IMG/VR virus record: IMGVR_UViG_3300045918_000207
Span: 1-62,073 of that record
Source: a virus
Taxonomy: Duplodnaviria; Caudoviricetes
Length of the DNA: 62,073 nucleotides
Reading direction: 5' to 3' (one strand)
Translations under genes and position numbers: made by a program
The notes under the pieces: model-generated
Told to the model about the DNA's origin: nothing
What the model saw: the letters and a program-made list of their open reading frames with translations, nothing else
The model's database searches: none
In this document: positions 47,949 through 57,329 of the stretch, piece by piece
How positions within the stretch are numbered: position 1 is the first letter of the stretch
Layout of the letters: every line of letters begins with the position of its first letter

Positions 47949-50900
47949 ATGAAAAAAACATTAATACTACTAAGTTTTATTTTAGCAGCAGTAGCTTTAT
48001 TTTCTTTTAAGAGTGGAGTTGGTAAAATGCCAACTTCTTCTTTAGATACTTTTATTAATAAGCTATCAGTAGGTGCAGCTACTACTTTATATTATAGCAA
48101 GGGTGGTTTACAGGGGGATTCAGCATTAATACTTCCTAAAAATAGTTTTGCAGATACCACAGCAGCTAATTTTAGTCGTGCAGCAGCATACAATGGTAGT
48201 CTTATATTAGTAGGTAGTGATGTTTGGGTAAGAACATTAAACCCTAATCGTTGGAATAAATTTGCGACAAGTAGCGGCGGTGCTTATGTTTTGGTAGCAG
48301 ATACATCAACAATGTTATTGCCATATTTAAGAAAAACTGATACTGCCTATATGCTTGCAAACAGATTGAAAATATCTGATACTGCTAATATGTTAGCTAA
48401 CCGTTTGAAGATAAGTGATACTACTAATATGATGAGTGGGTATTTAAGAAGTGGCAATGCTAAAAATGGTACAGTAACAAATGTTTCAGGTACAGGTGCT
48501 TTATCCTTTGCAAATGCTACTACTACACCCGTAGGAACTATTGATACATCATGGGCAGACGGATTGACTACAAGGAAAAGGATGCGTCAAATAGCAGATA
48601 GCTTACAAGCAAATATTACGGCTTCCGTTACAGGGGTAAGTTCCTTTGCTTTTACAAATGCAAATGGTATTTCAGGTTCAGTAGCTACGCCAACAACCAC
48701 ACCAAATCTTACATTAAGTTTAGGTGATATTACTCCTACATCAGTAAATGCAAGCGGTAATATTACAGCAACAAATTTCTATGGTAATGGTGCAACATTA
48801 AGTGGTATAGAAAGATACACGGATACGGCATCATTAGTAGCACCTTATTTACGTAAAAGTGATACAGCGTATATGTTGAGTAACAGACTTAAAATATCTG
48901 ATACTGCTAATATGCTTACGGGGTACACAAGGGTATTAAGATTTACTGATTCATTAAGTGCAATACAAGGTAGAATACAAACTAAGTTAGCTATATCAGA
49001 TAGCCTTACAGGTGGATATACTTCTTGGCTTTTAACAAAGAAAAAAATAGATAGTTTAGGAACAGTAATTGGTACAAAAGGAACGGGTACATTAACATCG
49101 GCAGCATTAATATTGCCTTCTTTTATTACAGTATCAGGTTCGCCAATAACTACATCAGGAACATTTGTTGGTACGTTAGCAAATCAAACTGCTAATAAAG
49201 TGTTTGCTTCTGCTACATCAGGTGCAGCAGCACAACCAACATTTCGTGCATTAGTAGCAGGTGATATACCTGCATTGCCTTATGTGTTAATTTCAGATAC
49301 AGCAGCAATGCTCGCAGGGGTAACATTAGATAGGGTTTTAACAAATGGTAATACAAGTAGCAGGGATGCAACAGTAGGAATGTTTACGGCAACAACAAGA
49401 CCTACATTATACACCCCAACAATAAGAGTAGGAACTTTATCGGGTTCATCTAATACATCTACTCAAACAGGATTAAATATAAGTACAGATTACAATGATG
49501 ATTTAATCGAATCAGGTCACGGTATAGCGGTTAGAGATAAATGGAGAGTAACAGGTATGCCTTATGCAAGTGCTGATTTTAGTACAACTTTTACAGGGTC
49601 AACTACTTTGCGTGACCATGCAATAGGTGTGCAGGTAACACCGAGTGATAGTTCAGTAGCATTGAATTTCACAAATCTAAACGGGTATAATTACACTCCT
49701 CACATGGCAGCTACTACTACCGATTCCATTGTAGGGTTTAAAATGTCCTCTTTACAAATAGGAACAGCCAGTTACAAAGCGGCTTTATTATCAAACGATA
49801 ACACAGCCATTATTGATATTGGTGGTAGATATAAGTCACGTTCTGCCCCTGTTGGTTATGCAACAGGATTTAAAACAGGTGGATGGTTAGATAGTATACC
49901 AATTTATAATCACCCTACCATTGGTTCATTTCAGTATAATACAACATCATGGCCTTCGACAGACGCTGCACAATTAAGAGGGAGGGCGTTATTTAATTCA
50001 GATGCCTTTTTTATTTGGAATAATACGACAGTAGCACCGGGCGTTCAAACTATTTTTGAGATGGGTTCTCCCAATGGGTTAGGTGCTAATAGGCTTTCAG
50101 GTATGTTATTTAAAACCGTTTTATACAACCAATACACAGGGGCAGCACAATTACAGCAGTACACAAGTAAATCAGATGGAACTTTTGGGTTATGGTCAAC
50201 CGTAGATAGTTTGCAAAAGGTAACATCATACGGTATTGATAGTTATGATAATAATAAACATTCGCAGTTTGGAACATATACAAAGGTAGATAAGTCTTAC
50301 GTTGATAGCGTTATTACTGCAAGCCCTTCGGGAACAGTTACAAGCATAGCAACAAATACAGGTAGTGGTATTACAGGTGGAACTATTACATCTACGGGAA
50401 CTATTGCAGCAGATACTACCACCACTCTTTCTACTAAAGCTAATGTTACTGCCCTATTATTAGGTAAGTTAAATTTGAGTGATACTGCTTCTATGCTTTC
50501 TAACTTATTACGTAAAACAGATACATCATTAATGCTTTCTCCGTATGTAAATTACGCAGGTAGTGGATTAACTAAATTAGGTCAATCATTGAGATTAGGT
50601 GGGTTATTAAGTCAAAATGCAATAGTAACGGATAGTACATTCTCAATGGTCTTTTCTAACACTAAAAAAATAAATAATAGTTCAAAATTTGGGGTGAACG
50701 GGGAACTTAATTTATGGGGTGTGACATCAGACGATAACACACAAAATTTATATTCAGGTGGGTATAATTCGATGTCTGTTAATTCAGCAGCATCGTATAA
50801 CCTTAATTATAAAAGTGTGTACGGGGCAAATGTAAATGCACTATTTATGAACAATACAGGTTCAGTAAGTGGTGGTAGCCCTATTGCATCATCAGTAGCT

Positions 50901-51875
50901 TGGGGGTTATTTGCTAATACAGGAACAATAGCTAATGCAGTTGGATTCCATATAAAACCACCTGCACAATTATTTGGTGGAACAACAGTAAGTAATAAGA
51001 TAACAACTTATGCAGGATTACAAATTGATAATTTAAGAGATAGTTCAGATATTCAAAGTAATGTGCAGAATATGTATGCTATCAACCAAAAAGGGGTACA
51101 TGATACTTCATTATTCAATGGTATAATTACAGGAAATATAATCAATGCAAATACCTTAGGTGGTACACTTTCAACAGCAGCCCAAACAAACATAACATCT
51201 ATCGGTGTACTACCCGCAAATACTACGGGTCTGCAAATGGATTTTAGTTCTATTGGTATTCAGTCTTATTCATTAAATGATGCTTGGATAGGGGATAACA
51301 TTTATTATAATGGGGGGTTTAAATATACAAGAACAGGAACAATAGGGCGTGTTTATTTTTCAGGTGGGGGTATTCAATTAGGGGTAGCAGCATCGGGAAC
51401 AGCAGGTTCAGCAGCATCAATTACTCCCGGTATAACTATCGCAGCAACCACAGCGAATACTACTATTAATACATTAGGAACAGGAACAGTACAAGCTACC
51501 GCAGGGGTACTATCTGTTATTTCTGATAGTAGGGTTAAGACTAAACATGGATATTTTAATGGAAGTGCTTTAGATGCCGTAATGAAAATAAATAAACCTC
51601 AATATTGGAACTACAATCAAAAAAGTAAATTACCAATAGAGGCACAAAAAGTAAAACAATTCGGTCTATTTGCTGATAGTGTACACTACGCATTAGGCGA
51701 ACAGTTTGCACCAACAGGGAAGGATGGATACTACTCATTAGCAGATAGGGCTTTACTTTCATTAACCATTCAGGCTTTACAGGAAAAAAGTAAGAAAGAT
51801 GATTTGAAATTTGCTGATTTACAAGATAAGTACGATGCACTATTACAGAGAATCATAAAACTGGAAAAGAAATGA
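47949..51875 (+). CDS. Trimeric fibre protein with signal peptide, DTAxML repeats and C-terminal peptidase-S74 intramolecular chaperone
   Basis: MKK + hydrophobic core N-terminus; SDSRVK..GLFADSV..LTIQALQE..coiled coil; GTVTS fibre motifs. Confidence 0.85.
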   Translation: MKKTLILLSFILAAVALFSFKSGVGKMPTSSLDTFINKLSVGAATTLYYSKGGLQGDSALILPKNSFADTTAANFSRAAAYNGSLILVGSDVWVRTLNPNRWNKFATSSGGAYVLVADTSTMLLPYLRKTDTAYMLANRLKISDTANMLANRLKISDTTNMMSGYLRSGNAKNGTVTNVSGTGALSFANATTTPVGTIDTSWADGLTTRKRMRQIADSLQANITASVTGVSSFAFTNANGISGSVATPTTTPNLTLSLGDITPTSVNASGNITATNFYGNGATLSGIERYTDTASLVAPYLRKSDTAYMLSNRLKISDTANMLTGYTRVLRFTDSLSAIQGRIQTKLAISDSLTGGYTSWLLTKKKIDSLGTVIGTKGTGTLTSAALILPSFITVSGSPITTSGTFVGTLANQTANKVFASATSGAAAQPTFRALVAGDIPALPYVLISDTAAMLAGVTLDRVLTNGNTSSRDATVGMFTATTRPTLYTPTIRVGTLSGSSNTSTQTGLNISTDYNDDLIESGHGIAVRDKWRVTGMPYASADFSTTFTGSTTLRDHAIGVQVTPSDSSVALNFTNLNGYNYTPHMAATTTDSIVGFKMSSLQIGTASYKAALLSNDNTAIIDIGGRYKSRSAPVGYATGFKTGGWLDSIPIYNHPTIGSFQYNTTSWPSTDAAQLRGRALFNSDAFFIWNNTTVAPGVQTIFEMGSPNGLGANRLSGMLFKTVLYNQYTGAAQLQQYTSKSDGTFGLWSTVDSLQKVTSYGIDSYDNNKHSQFGTYTKVDKSYVDSVITASPSGTVTSIATNTGSGITGGTITSTGTIAADTTTTLSTKANVTALLLGKLNLSDTASMLSNLLRKTDTSLMLSPYVNYAGSGLTKLGQSLRLGGLLSQNAIVTDSTFSMVFSNTKKINNSSKFGVNGELNLWGVTSDDNTQNLYSGGYNSMSVNSAASYNLNYKSVYGANVNALFMNNTGSVSGGSPIASSVAWGLFANTGTIANAVGFHIKPPAQLFGGTTVSNKITTYAGLQIDNLRDSSDIQSNVQNMYAINQKGVHDTSLFNGIITGNIINANTLGGTLSTAAQTNITSIGVLPANTTGLQMDFSSIGIQSYSLNDAWIGDNIYYNGGFKYTRTGTIGRVYFSGGGIQLGVAASGTAGSAASITPGITIAATTANTTINTLGTGTVQATAGVLSVISDSRVKTKHGYFNGSALDAVMKINKPQYWNYNQKSKLPIEAQKVKQFGLFADSVHYALGEQFAPTGKDGYYSLADRALLSLTIQALQEKSKKDDLKFADLQDKYDALLQRIIKLEKK

Positions 51876-51979
51876 AATGGTATCATAAGTTACTAATAGT
51901 ATTTTCAGGGCTTATTATAGGTTGTGGATTTGCTATTAGTTTTATTTTTCTTCTTAAATTGTATTACAATAGCAAATAA
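51872..51979 (+). CDS. 35-aa single-TM peptide
   Basis: MKWYHKLLIVFSGLIIGCGFAISFIFLLKLYYNSK; ATGA-coupled to the fibre gene. Confidence 0.45.
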   Translation: MKWYHKLLIVFSGLIIGCGFAISFIFLLKLYYNSK

Positions 51980-52035
51980 TATGTAGTAGTTATACTATAA
52001 AAATAGGGTGATTTCACCGACAGGGGAATGCAATT

Positions 52036-52695
52036 ATGAGTAAAAAATGCAATAACTTAGCAATGTCAACTTTAACATTTAAAAATATGGACTTTTCGCT
52101 ATCTGAATTTTTTGCGGGAAGTGCTATGGGTATAGTCGTGAAGGAGGGGATAAGTTATTGGAAGCGTAAGACCGAAACGAAAGTAGACTTAGCACAAAAT
52201 ACAAAGGATATAAGTGATGTACACCGAATTATGGAACATGTAGTGAACACAACTTTTTATAATAGGTTTATGGTTTTTGTAGGGGAAGATAGTGCAGGGG
52301 TATTAGCTGCGGGAAAAAACTTATATGTTACTGCTCAATATGAAAAAATAACCCATGACGAAGGGGTTGAAATAAGACCAATTATAGACCAAATACAACG
52401 ATGGAAAGCAGATGCTAATTATTATGATATGTTCAGTAAGATGCTTTCGGAAGGAAGCGTAAAAGTGAAAACGCATGATATGTCACCTTGCCGATTGAAA
52501 GATATTTACTTAATGCAAGGGGTAAAATCATGTAAGATATACCATCTAATGACTACAAAAGACCACTCAAAAGTATTTTATTGTTCAGTGGCAAGTACAG
52601 TAAGAGAAGAAGCTACTGATGAAGATAGGGTAGTAATCGGTTCAGCAGTAGATAAGCTAACTAATATTTTCAATAGGCATAAAAAATTCTATTAA
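52036..52695 (+). CDS. Membrane-anchored GAF-like protein, possible holin/antiholin
   Basis: Weak N-terminal hydrophobic segment plus alpha/beta domain; first gene of lysis cassette; start may be 52063 or 52087. Confidence 0.45.
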   Translation: MSKKCNNLAMSTLTFKNMDFSLSEFFAGSAMGIVVKEGISYWKRKTETKVDLAQNTKDISDVHRIMEHVVNTTFYNRFMVFVGEDSAGVLAAGKNLYVTAQYEKITHDEGVEIRPIIDQIQRWKADANYYDMFSKMLSEGSVKVKTHDMSPCRLKDIYLMQGVKSCKIYHLMTTKDHSKVFYCSVASTVREEATDEDRVVIGSAVDKLTNIFNRHKKFY

Positions 52696-52712
52696 TCTTA
52701 AAAAACAAAACT

Positions 52713-53075
52713 ATGCAACAGCAACCTAATATGTTAATCGCTTTTTTGCAGGAATTACTGCAACGTTTTTTCACTAAGTCCCCAAAGTTTTTCAGGATAT
52801 GGCAAACAATAACTGCTATTGCAGCAGCTATTACAGGTATCCCCGAAGCATGTGCTTACTTCGGTATTACCTTACCTGATTCAGTAACTATATTGCAAAA
52901 TAAATTCATTGCAGCAGTAAGTACAGGTATGTTTATTATGTCTGCCTTAACAACCCAAAGTAAAACAACAGGTGATTCCGTTAATGGACAGCCATTAAAA
53001 ATTACAGATGCCAAATCTCTACCATTTACTTCTGCACAAGAAATTAAAAAAACAGAAGAAAATAAACCATTATGA
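52713..53075 (+). CDS. Putative holin
   Basis: RFFTKSPKFF followed by two hydrophobic segments. Confidence 0.7.
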   Translation: MQQQPNMLIAFLQELLQRFFTKSPKFFRIWQTITAIAAAITGIPEACAYFGITLPDSVTILQNKFIAAVSTGMFIMSALTTQSKTTGDSVNGQPLKITDAKSLPFTSAQEIKKTEENKPL

Positions 53076-53740
53076 GAAAGCCTGACCTTAATCCTTTTGT
53101 AGTTAAATGGGGTCTTTTTTTTATACTCCTAATAGCTACATTCTTTTTTATAATGTCTATGTTTTTAAGTGGGTGTAATGCTGAAAAACGGGCAGTACGA
53201 AAGCAAGACAAAGCATACGGAATAACGGTTTCTACTCCCCGTACATTCGCACAAGCGGGTGCAAATTGGTTAGCTATCCACCCTTGCATTACCCCAATTA
53301 TAAAGGATAGTATCATATTCCATACCGATACTTTAGTAGCAGAAAAGAAAGTATTTATCCCAATCAAAACAATCCAGTTCAAAGAAAAAATACTTGATAC
53401 CATAATAGATAACATATCAATATATGCAGATAGCTTGGGTATTACAGTAAAGAACTTACAAGAAGCTATCACTAATACCAAAACAATCATTCAAACAAAG
53501 GTTGACCAAACAAGAGTAAATAACTTAACCGATAGCCTTAATTCAGAAAAAAGAACTTCGGCAACAAAGGATGGTATTATCCAAACAATTAGTGAGAACA
53601 ATTCAGGGCTAAAAAAATCAAATACTAATCTTTGGTGGTTAGTAGTAGCAATATCAGTAGCAGGTGTATTGTCTCACGTTATCAGAAGTTACGCTACGGG
53701 TTGGTTTAGTTCGGTTAAAGGGCTGTTTAAAAAATCGTAG
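53072..53740 (+). CDS. Putative unimolecular spanin
   Basis: Lipobox FLSGC after a signal region, beta/coiled-coil body, C-terminal TM WWLVVAISVAGVL. Confidence 0.7.
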   Translation: MRKPDLNPFVVKWGLFFILLIATFFFIMSMFLSGCNAEKRAVRKQDKAYGITVSTPRTFAQAGANWLAIHPCITPIIKDSIIFHTDTLVAEKKVFIPIKTIQFKEKILDTIIDNISIYADSLGITVKNLQEAITNTKTIIQTKVDQTRVNNLTDSLNSEKRTSATKDGIIQTISENNSGLKKSNTNLWWLVVAISVAGVLSHVIRSYATGWFSSVKGLFKKS

Positions 53741-53784
53741 TTCCTTAGTCTTGTTTCTCATAGGTTTAGTTTTTGGTTAAACTA

Positions 53785-53821
53785 AAAGCCCCCACATTTC
53801 TATGTAAGGGCTTTACTTTTT
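53785..53821. terminator. Bidirectional intrinsic terminator
   Basis: aaagccc...gggcttt stem between convergent late and early units. Confidence 0.75.
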
Positions 53822-53846
53822 AGTGGTTAATAATAGGAAACTATCA

Positions 53847-54353
53847 TCAAAAAATACATACCATAACAGACAATCCATAGTGCATCATTCTTGAACCTAC
53901 TGCACCTATATAAAGTCCATCGTTTATTTTATATCCTGCTCTTAATCCATAATCACAATAGTTTTGTGTTCCTGCTGCAAAGAAAGGGGATAGCTGTATT
54001 TTATCATCCATAAGAAAGTATCTACCTGCAATAGTAACTGCACCATCCCTTGTAGCTTTGGTACTATCATTCAATTTACTTTCTACATATCCTACAAACA
54101 AACCTATCCTATCTGCCCATATACCTGCATGTACTCCCGTACCTATAAATCCAAGTGAACCAATAGGTTTAGCTGACCAATCAACTAATACCCCTGCTTT
54201 AATTACACTACCTGAATGTCCTTTATTAAGCCAACATTCTTGTGCCTTTACCCCTTGTGAAAAAAGAAATAATAACAATAGTAATAAACATACAATCTGA
54301 ATTATCCTTTCAAGTGGTGTTATTGGTTTTGGTTGTTTTGGTGAGTAGTACAT
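53847..54353 (-). CDS. Putative small outer-membrane beta-barrel protein
   Basis: Hydrophobic leader ending VKA-Q, about 8 amphipathic strands, C-terminal Phe. Confidence 0.6.
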   Translation of the reverse strand: MYYSPKQPKPITPLERIIQIVCLLLLLLFLFSQGVKAQECWLNKGHSGSVIKAGVLVDWSAKPIGSLGFIGTGVHAGIWADRIGLFVGYVESKLNDSTKATRDGAVTIAGRYFLMDDKIQLSPFFAAGTQNYCDYGLRAGYKINDGLYIGAVGSRMMHYGLSVMVCIF

Positions 54354-54359
54354 AAAAGA

Positions 54360-54644
54360 TTATTTAATAGTGGTAAAAAATGATTTTACAAAATATAGTG
54401 AATCAGACTTCCAATACTTATCCAAATCTTCATGTTGTCTTTGTCTTACTCCACCCATATAATACCCTGCTTTTAAAATATCCATTGCTTTGCTTTGATT
54501 GATTGTATCATAATGAGTGTAAAGCGTACCCGTTCCTAATGATTTGTATGTAGGGGCTGCCTTAAATAAATTATCATTATCCAATACACAAAACACAGCA
54601 CATGATGTAAGGATACACATAAATATTACAATAGTTGTTTTCAT
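54360..54644 (-). CDS. Exported/membrane hypothetical protein
   Basis: MKTT + hydrophobic segment with LTSC. Confidence 0.55.
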   Translation of the reverse strand: MKTTIVIFMCILTSCAVFCVLDNDNLFKAAPTYKSLGTGTLYTHYDTINQSKAMDILKAGYYMGGVRQRQHEDLDKYWKSDSLYFVKSFFTTIK

Positions 54645-54648
54645 AGAT

Positions 54649-54921
54649 TTAGTTAATTTTAATATGACTTAATTCTCCATCCGATAAATCCTTTATATCC
54701 ATTTCTAACCTGCTATTGTTGAGCGTTCCTTCGCACTTCACAATGCTATGGGTAGGATGCTCTGTAAACTTAACAGGAACACCATCTTTTAATTCTACCA
54801 TATCCCCGTTAGTAAATCTTATCTTACCTATCCATATTGCATTTAGTGGGAATAGGTCGGTAATAGGTTTCATTGATGCTGCAAGAAGGTCAAACATGGA
54901 ATCTAAATTTTCAGTTTTCAT
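54649..54921 (-). CDS. Hypothetical protein
   Basis: ORF in minus-strand early arm. Confidence 0.55.
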   Translation of the reverse strand: MKTENLDSMFDLLAASMKPITDLFPLNAIWIGKIRFTNGDMVELKDGVPVKFTEHPTHSIVKCEGTLNNSRLEMDIKDLSDGELSHIKIN

Positions 54922-54928
54922 AATTTGG

Positions 54929-55204
54929 TTAATTAAAGGTTATAGTAATAGGGTTAGCAGTTAGGTTTATTTCGGTCAAACACTTTTGTACAAAGTCTAT
55001 TTCATCCAATGTATTAGATAGCTTATTAAGGTAGGATTTAGCGTCTAATAACTTTCCTTTTGAATATGGTCGGGTACATTCAGGAAAACCGATTGTAGGT
55101 ACACCTAAAGCCTTGTGTAATATCCTTTCTTTATCGTTATCGTTTAGGTGGAAGTATGCAAAATCTTCCCCTTTAAAGTTTTTGGCAAATAAATGAAATC
55201 CCAT
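54929..55204 (-). CDS. Hypothetical protein
   Basis: ORF in minus-strand early arm. Confidence 0.6.
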   Translation of the reverse strand: MGFHLFAKNFKGEDFAYFHLNDNDKERILHKALGVPTIGFPECTRPYSKGKLLDAKSYLNKLSNTLDEIDFVQKCLTEINLTANPITITFN

Positions 55205-55354
55205 TTGGTTAAGGTTTTAAAATTGGTGAATAATGTTTTCTAACTGGTTTATTTTTCTTTTGAGTAGCAGTAAATACTAACCTTGCCTCTACGTATTTTT
55301 GAGCGAATAAACCTTTTAATAGGTTATCTGTCTTTTGGGCTGTTGTCATAGGTT

Positions 55355-55591
55355 TTATTTTGGTAAAATTTCGCCACCACTTGGGCTACTATAAATAGTT
55401 AATTCTTTTGCTGAAAGCAAATCTTTTGCATTGAATGGACTTCCATAATCATAAATATCACCTTCTTTTATTGCTCTCCAACTCCATGCACCGTTACTTC
55501 TTTGCCAATATCCGTGATAGCATCTTTCAAAATTAATTAACTTAATACCTAATTCTTCTTCGATTCGTTTTTGTAATTTAATAAAACTCAT
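55355..55591 (-). CDS. Hypothetical protein
   Basis: GYWQRSNGAWSW motif. Confidence 0.6.
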   Translation of the reverse strand: MSFIKLQKRIEEELGIKLINFERCYHGYWQRSNGAWSWRAIKEGDIYDYGSPFNAKDLLSAKELTIYSSPSGGEILPK

Positions 55592-55878
55592 AATCCAAAC
55601 ATTTTAAAAGTATATCCCAATATAACAACCAATACAGATACAGAACATATAAAGGCTATGGCGTATAATAGTTTTTCTAATGTTGTTTCAGGTTTGCGTA
55701 TCATGTCTAATGGTATTTAATGTCTTGTTGGCGAAGTATTTTCCAATCTTTCTTACTTATTACGTTCCCTTCTTCATCCAAATAAGCGTGGTCAAAGAAA
55801 AGAAGATACCATCCGTACACAAATAGTCCAATAATTATATATGTAATAATGTTATGTAGTGTGAACATAGGTTAAGGT

Positions 55879-56076
55879 TTAAGCGTTATTTATGGTTGTT
55901 TGTAATTTGTCTAATTTTAATACAGTCCATTGGTTTAATGAATAAAGGATATGCTTATCTAATTCATCTTTTAATTCCTGCAATGAACCGTGTCTATAAA
56001 TGGCAGAAAATCTATCATCCGTCTTAACCAAATTAAGTAACCACCTATCACTTGCTTGTAAAATATCTTGTTTCAT
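55879..56076 (-). CDS. Hypothetical protein
   Basis: 65-aa ORF with aacctATG leader. Confidence 0.55.
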   Translation of the reverse strand: MKQDILQASDRWLLNLVKTDDRFSAIYRHGSLQELKDELDKHILYSLNQWTVLKLDKLQTTINNA

Positions 56077-56137
56077 AGGTTAAAGATTAAATAGTATGGT
56101 TAGGATTAAGATTACTTTTAATATGTCAATAGTTAGC

Positions 56138-56482
56138 TTATTCATTGGGGCTGCTTTTAATGATTTCGTATATATTTCTTACCTTCTCTAAGGATAAGGG
56201 TAAATCGCCAAAAGTGCCTATCATCTTTCTTATCTCCCTTGATAGTTCGCTAAGTTCTATTTTATCTAATATTTCCTGTTTATCTAAATAAATAAAGTAA
56301 GTCGTATTAAAATCATTTTCTTCATCAAGTGTATCAATCCAAAACTTACTTCTATTACTTTTAAGGTAAAAAAACTTATTACCAATTTTAGATATTTCAT
56401 CCTGAACGGGGTCTGATTCGTAATTATTTCTAAGTCGGGTAGTAACCCATACTTTTTGCCCTACCTTCAAATTATGTTTCAT
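56138..56482 (-). CDS. Hypothetical beta-barrel-like protein
   Basis: LKVGQKVWV...ISKIGNKFFYL; start moved to ATG 56482. Confidence 0.65.
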   Translation of the reverse strand: MKHNLKVGQKVWVTTRLRNNYESDPVQDEISKIGNKFFYLKSNRSKFWIDTLDEENDFNTTYFIYLDKQEILDKIELSELSREIRKMIGTFGDLPLSLEKVRNIYEIIKSSPNE

Positions 56483-56623
56483 ATCAATTATATTTTTTAA
56501 AGTAAACAATCCATTTATCCCAATCGTCAGACAAAATTCCAGTAAACGTTGGGTCAAGTTTAAATAACTCCCCGCTATTTAACATGACGTAATATTTGGC
56601 TTCGCAGGGGCTTAGTTCAGTTC

Positions 56624-56827
56624 TCATGCTTCAAAGAATTGGATATTATTAAGTTCCTGCATCATTTCGTGCTGAAAATCTAAGCATCCACGTTTGGTAT
56701 CTTCGTACAGGATGGCGTACCCTATTTGTTGCATATCCCAAAATTCAGGACTATTTTTAGAAACAACGGATGGCATACCCCCTACATTTTCATTGGCTAC
56801 TACTGCATAAGTTAGGTTACTGTTCAT
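56624..56827 (-). CDS. Hypothetical protein
   Basis: 67-aa ORF. Confidence 0.55.
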   Translation of the reverse strand: MNSNLTYAVVANENVGGMPSVVSKNSPEFWDMQQIGYAILYEDTKRGCLDFQHEMMQELNNIQFFEA

Positions 56828-56840
56828 GGTTAGTTAGTAT

Positions 56841-57008
56841 TTAATTTTTAGTTATAGTTTGATACAAGTCTTTAAGAAATTCCAATTCTGATTTCAGTTC
56901 TTTTTTTAAATGTTTCCATTCAATACTTTCTATTTTATTTTGAATAGATGCCATTTGTTTTATCAGTAAAACCTGTAAAGTCTTTGTTTGGTGTCCTGTA
57001 AGTTTCAT
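56841..57008 (-). CDS. Small hypothetical protein (55 aa, not in the ORF track)
   Basis: MKLTGHQTKTLQVLL...; first ORF after a regulatory cassette. Confidence 0.55.
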   Translation of the reverse strand: MKLTGHQTKTLQVLLIKQMASIQNKIESIEWKHLKKELKSELEFLKDLYQTITKN

Positions 57009-57023
57009 AGGTTATTTTATAAA

Positions 57024-57070
57024 GTGAAATTACTATTGTGTTTGAATAAAGCAAATTAAAATTACATTAA
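57024..57070 (-). promoter_or_regulatory. Repeated early promoter/operator cassette, copy 1
   Basis: Plus-strand GTGAARTTA...GCAAA-TTAA-N7-TTAA with a fixed 32-nt offset. Confidence 0.7.
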
Positions 57071-57074
57071 AATA

Positions 57075-57290
57075 CTAAAAATCAATATCTACTGTTAAGA
57101 TGTGAGAAAAGCCAACCCTATCGTACTTTATGACTTCGGGAAGAATTAGTCCTTTCTTTATCCTGTGTTTAATTGCCTGTGCTGTTATCGGCTTATCAGG
57201 GTATTTTCTATTCTGCCTGAACCTTGCGGGATTAGCTTTTTCTACGTATTGGGCTATTGTTATTTGTTTTGTTTGTGGTTTCTTTGCCAT
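57075..57290 (-). CDS. Small DNA-binding protein (wHTH/excisionase-like)
   Basis: ITIAQYVE...ITAQAIKHRIKKG...RVGFSHIL. Confidence 0.55.
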   Translation of the reverse strand: MAKKPQTKQITIAQYVEKANPARFRQNRKYPDKPITAQAIKHRIKKGLILPEVIKYDRVGFSHILTVDIDF

Positions 57291-57329
57291 TTCTTATTTT
57301 TTATTTATTTTAATTGTGGTGTTTAGGGG

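Noticed and set aside
48340-48920. CRISPR array or DGR template/variable repeats
   Set aside because: These are in-frame, synonymously diverged peptide repeats; there are no spacers and no reverse transcriptase.
56519-56553. Hammerhead ribozyme (CUGACGA next to a cccaa/ttggg stem on the minus strand)
   Set aside because: The required GAAA after stem II is absent; the sequence reads CGUUU.
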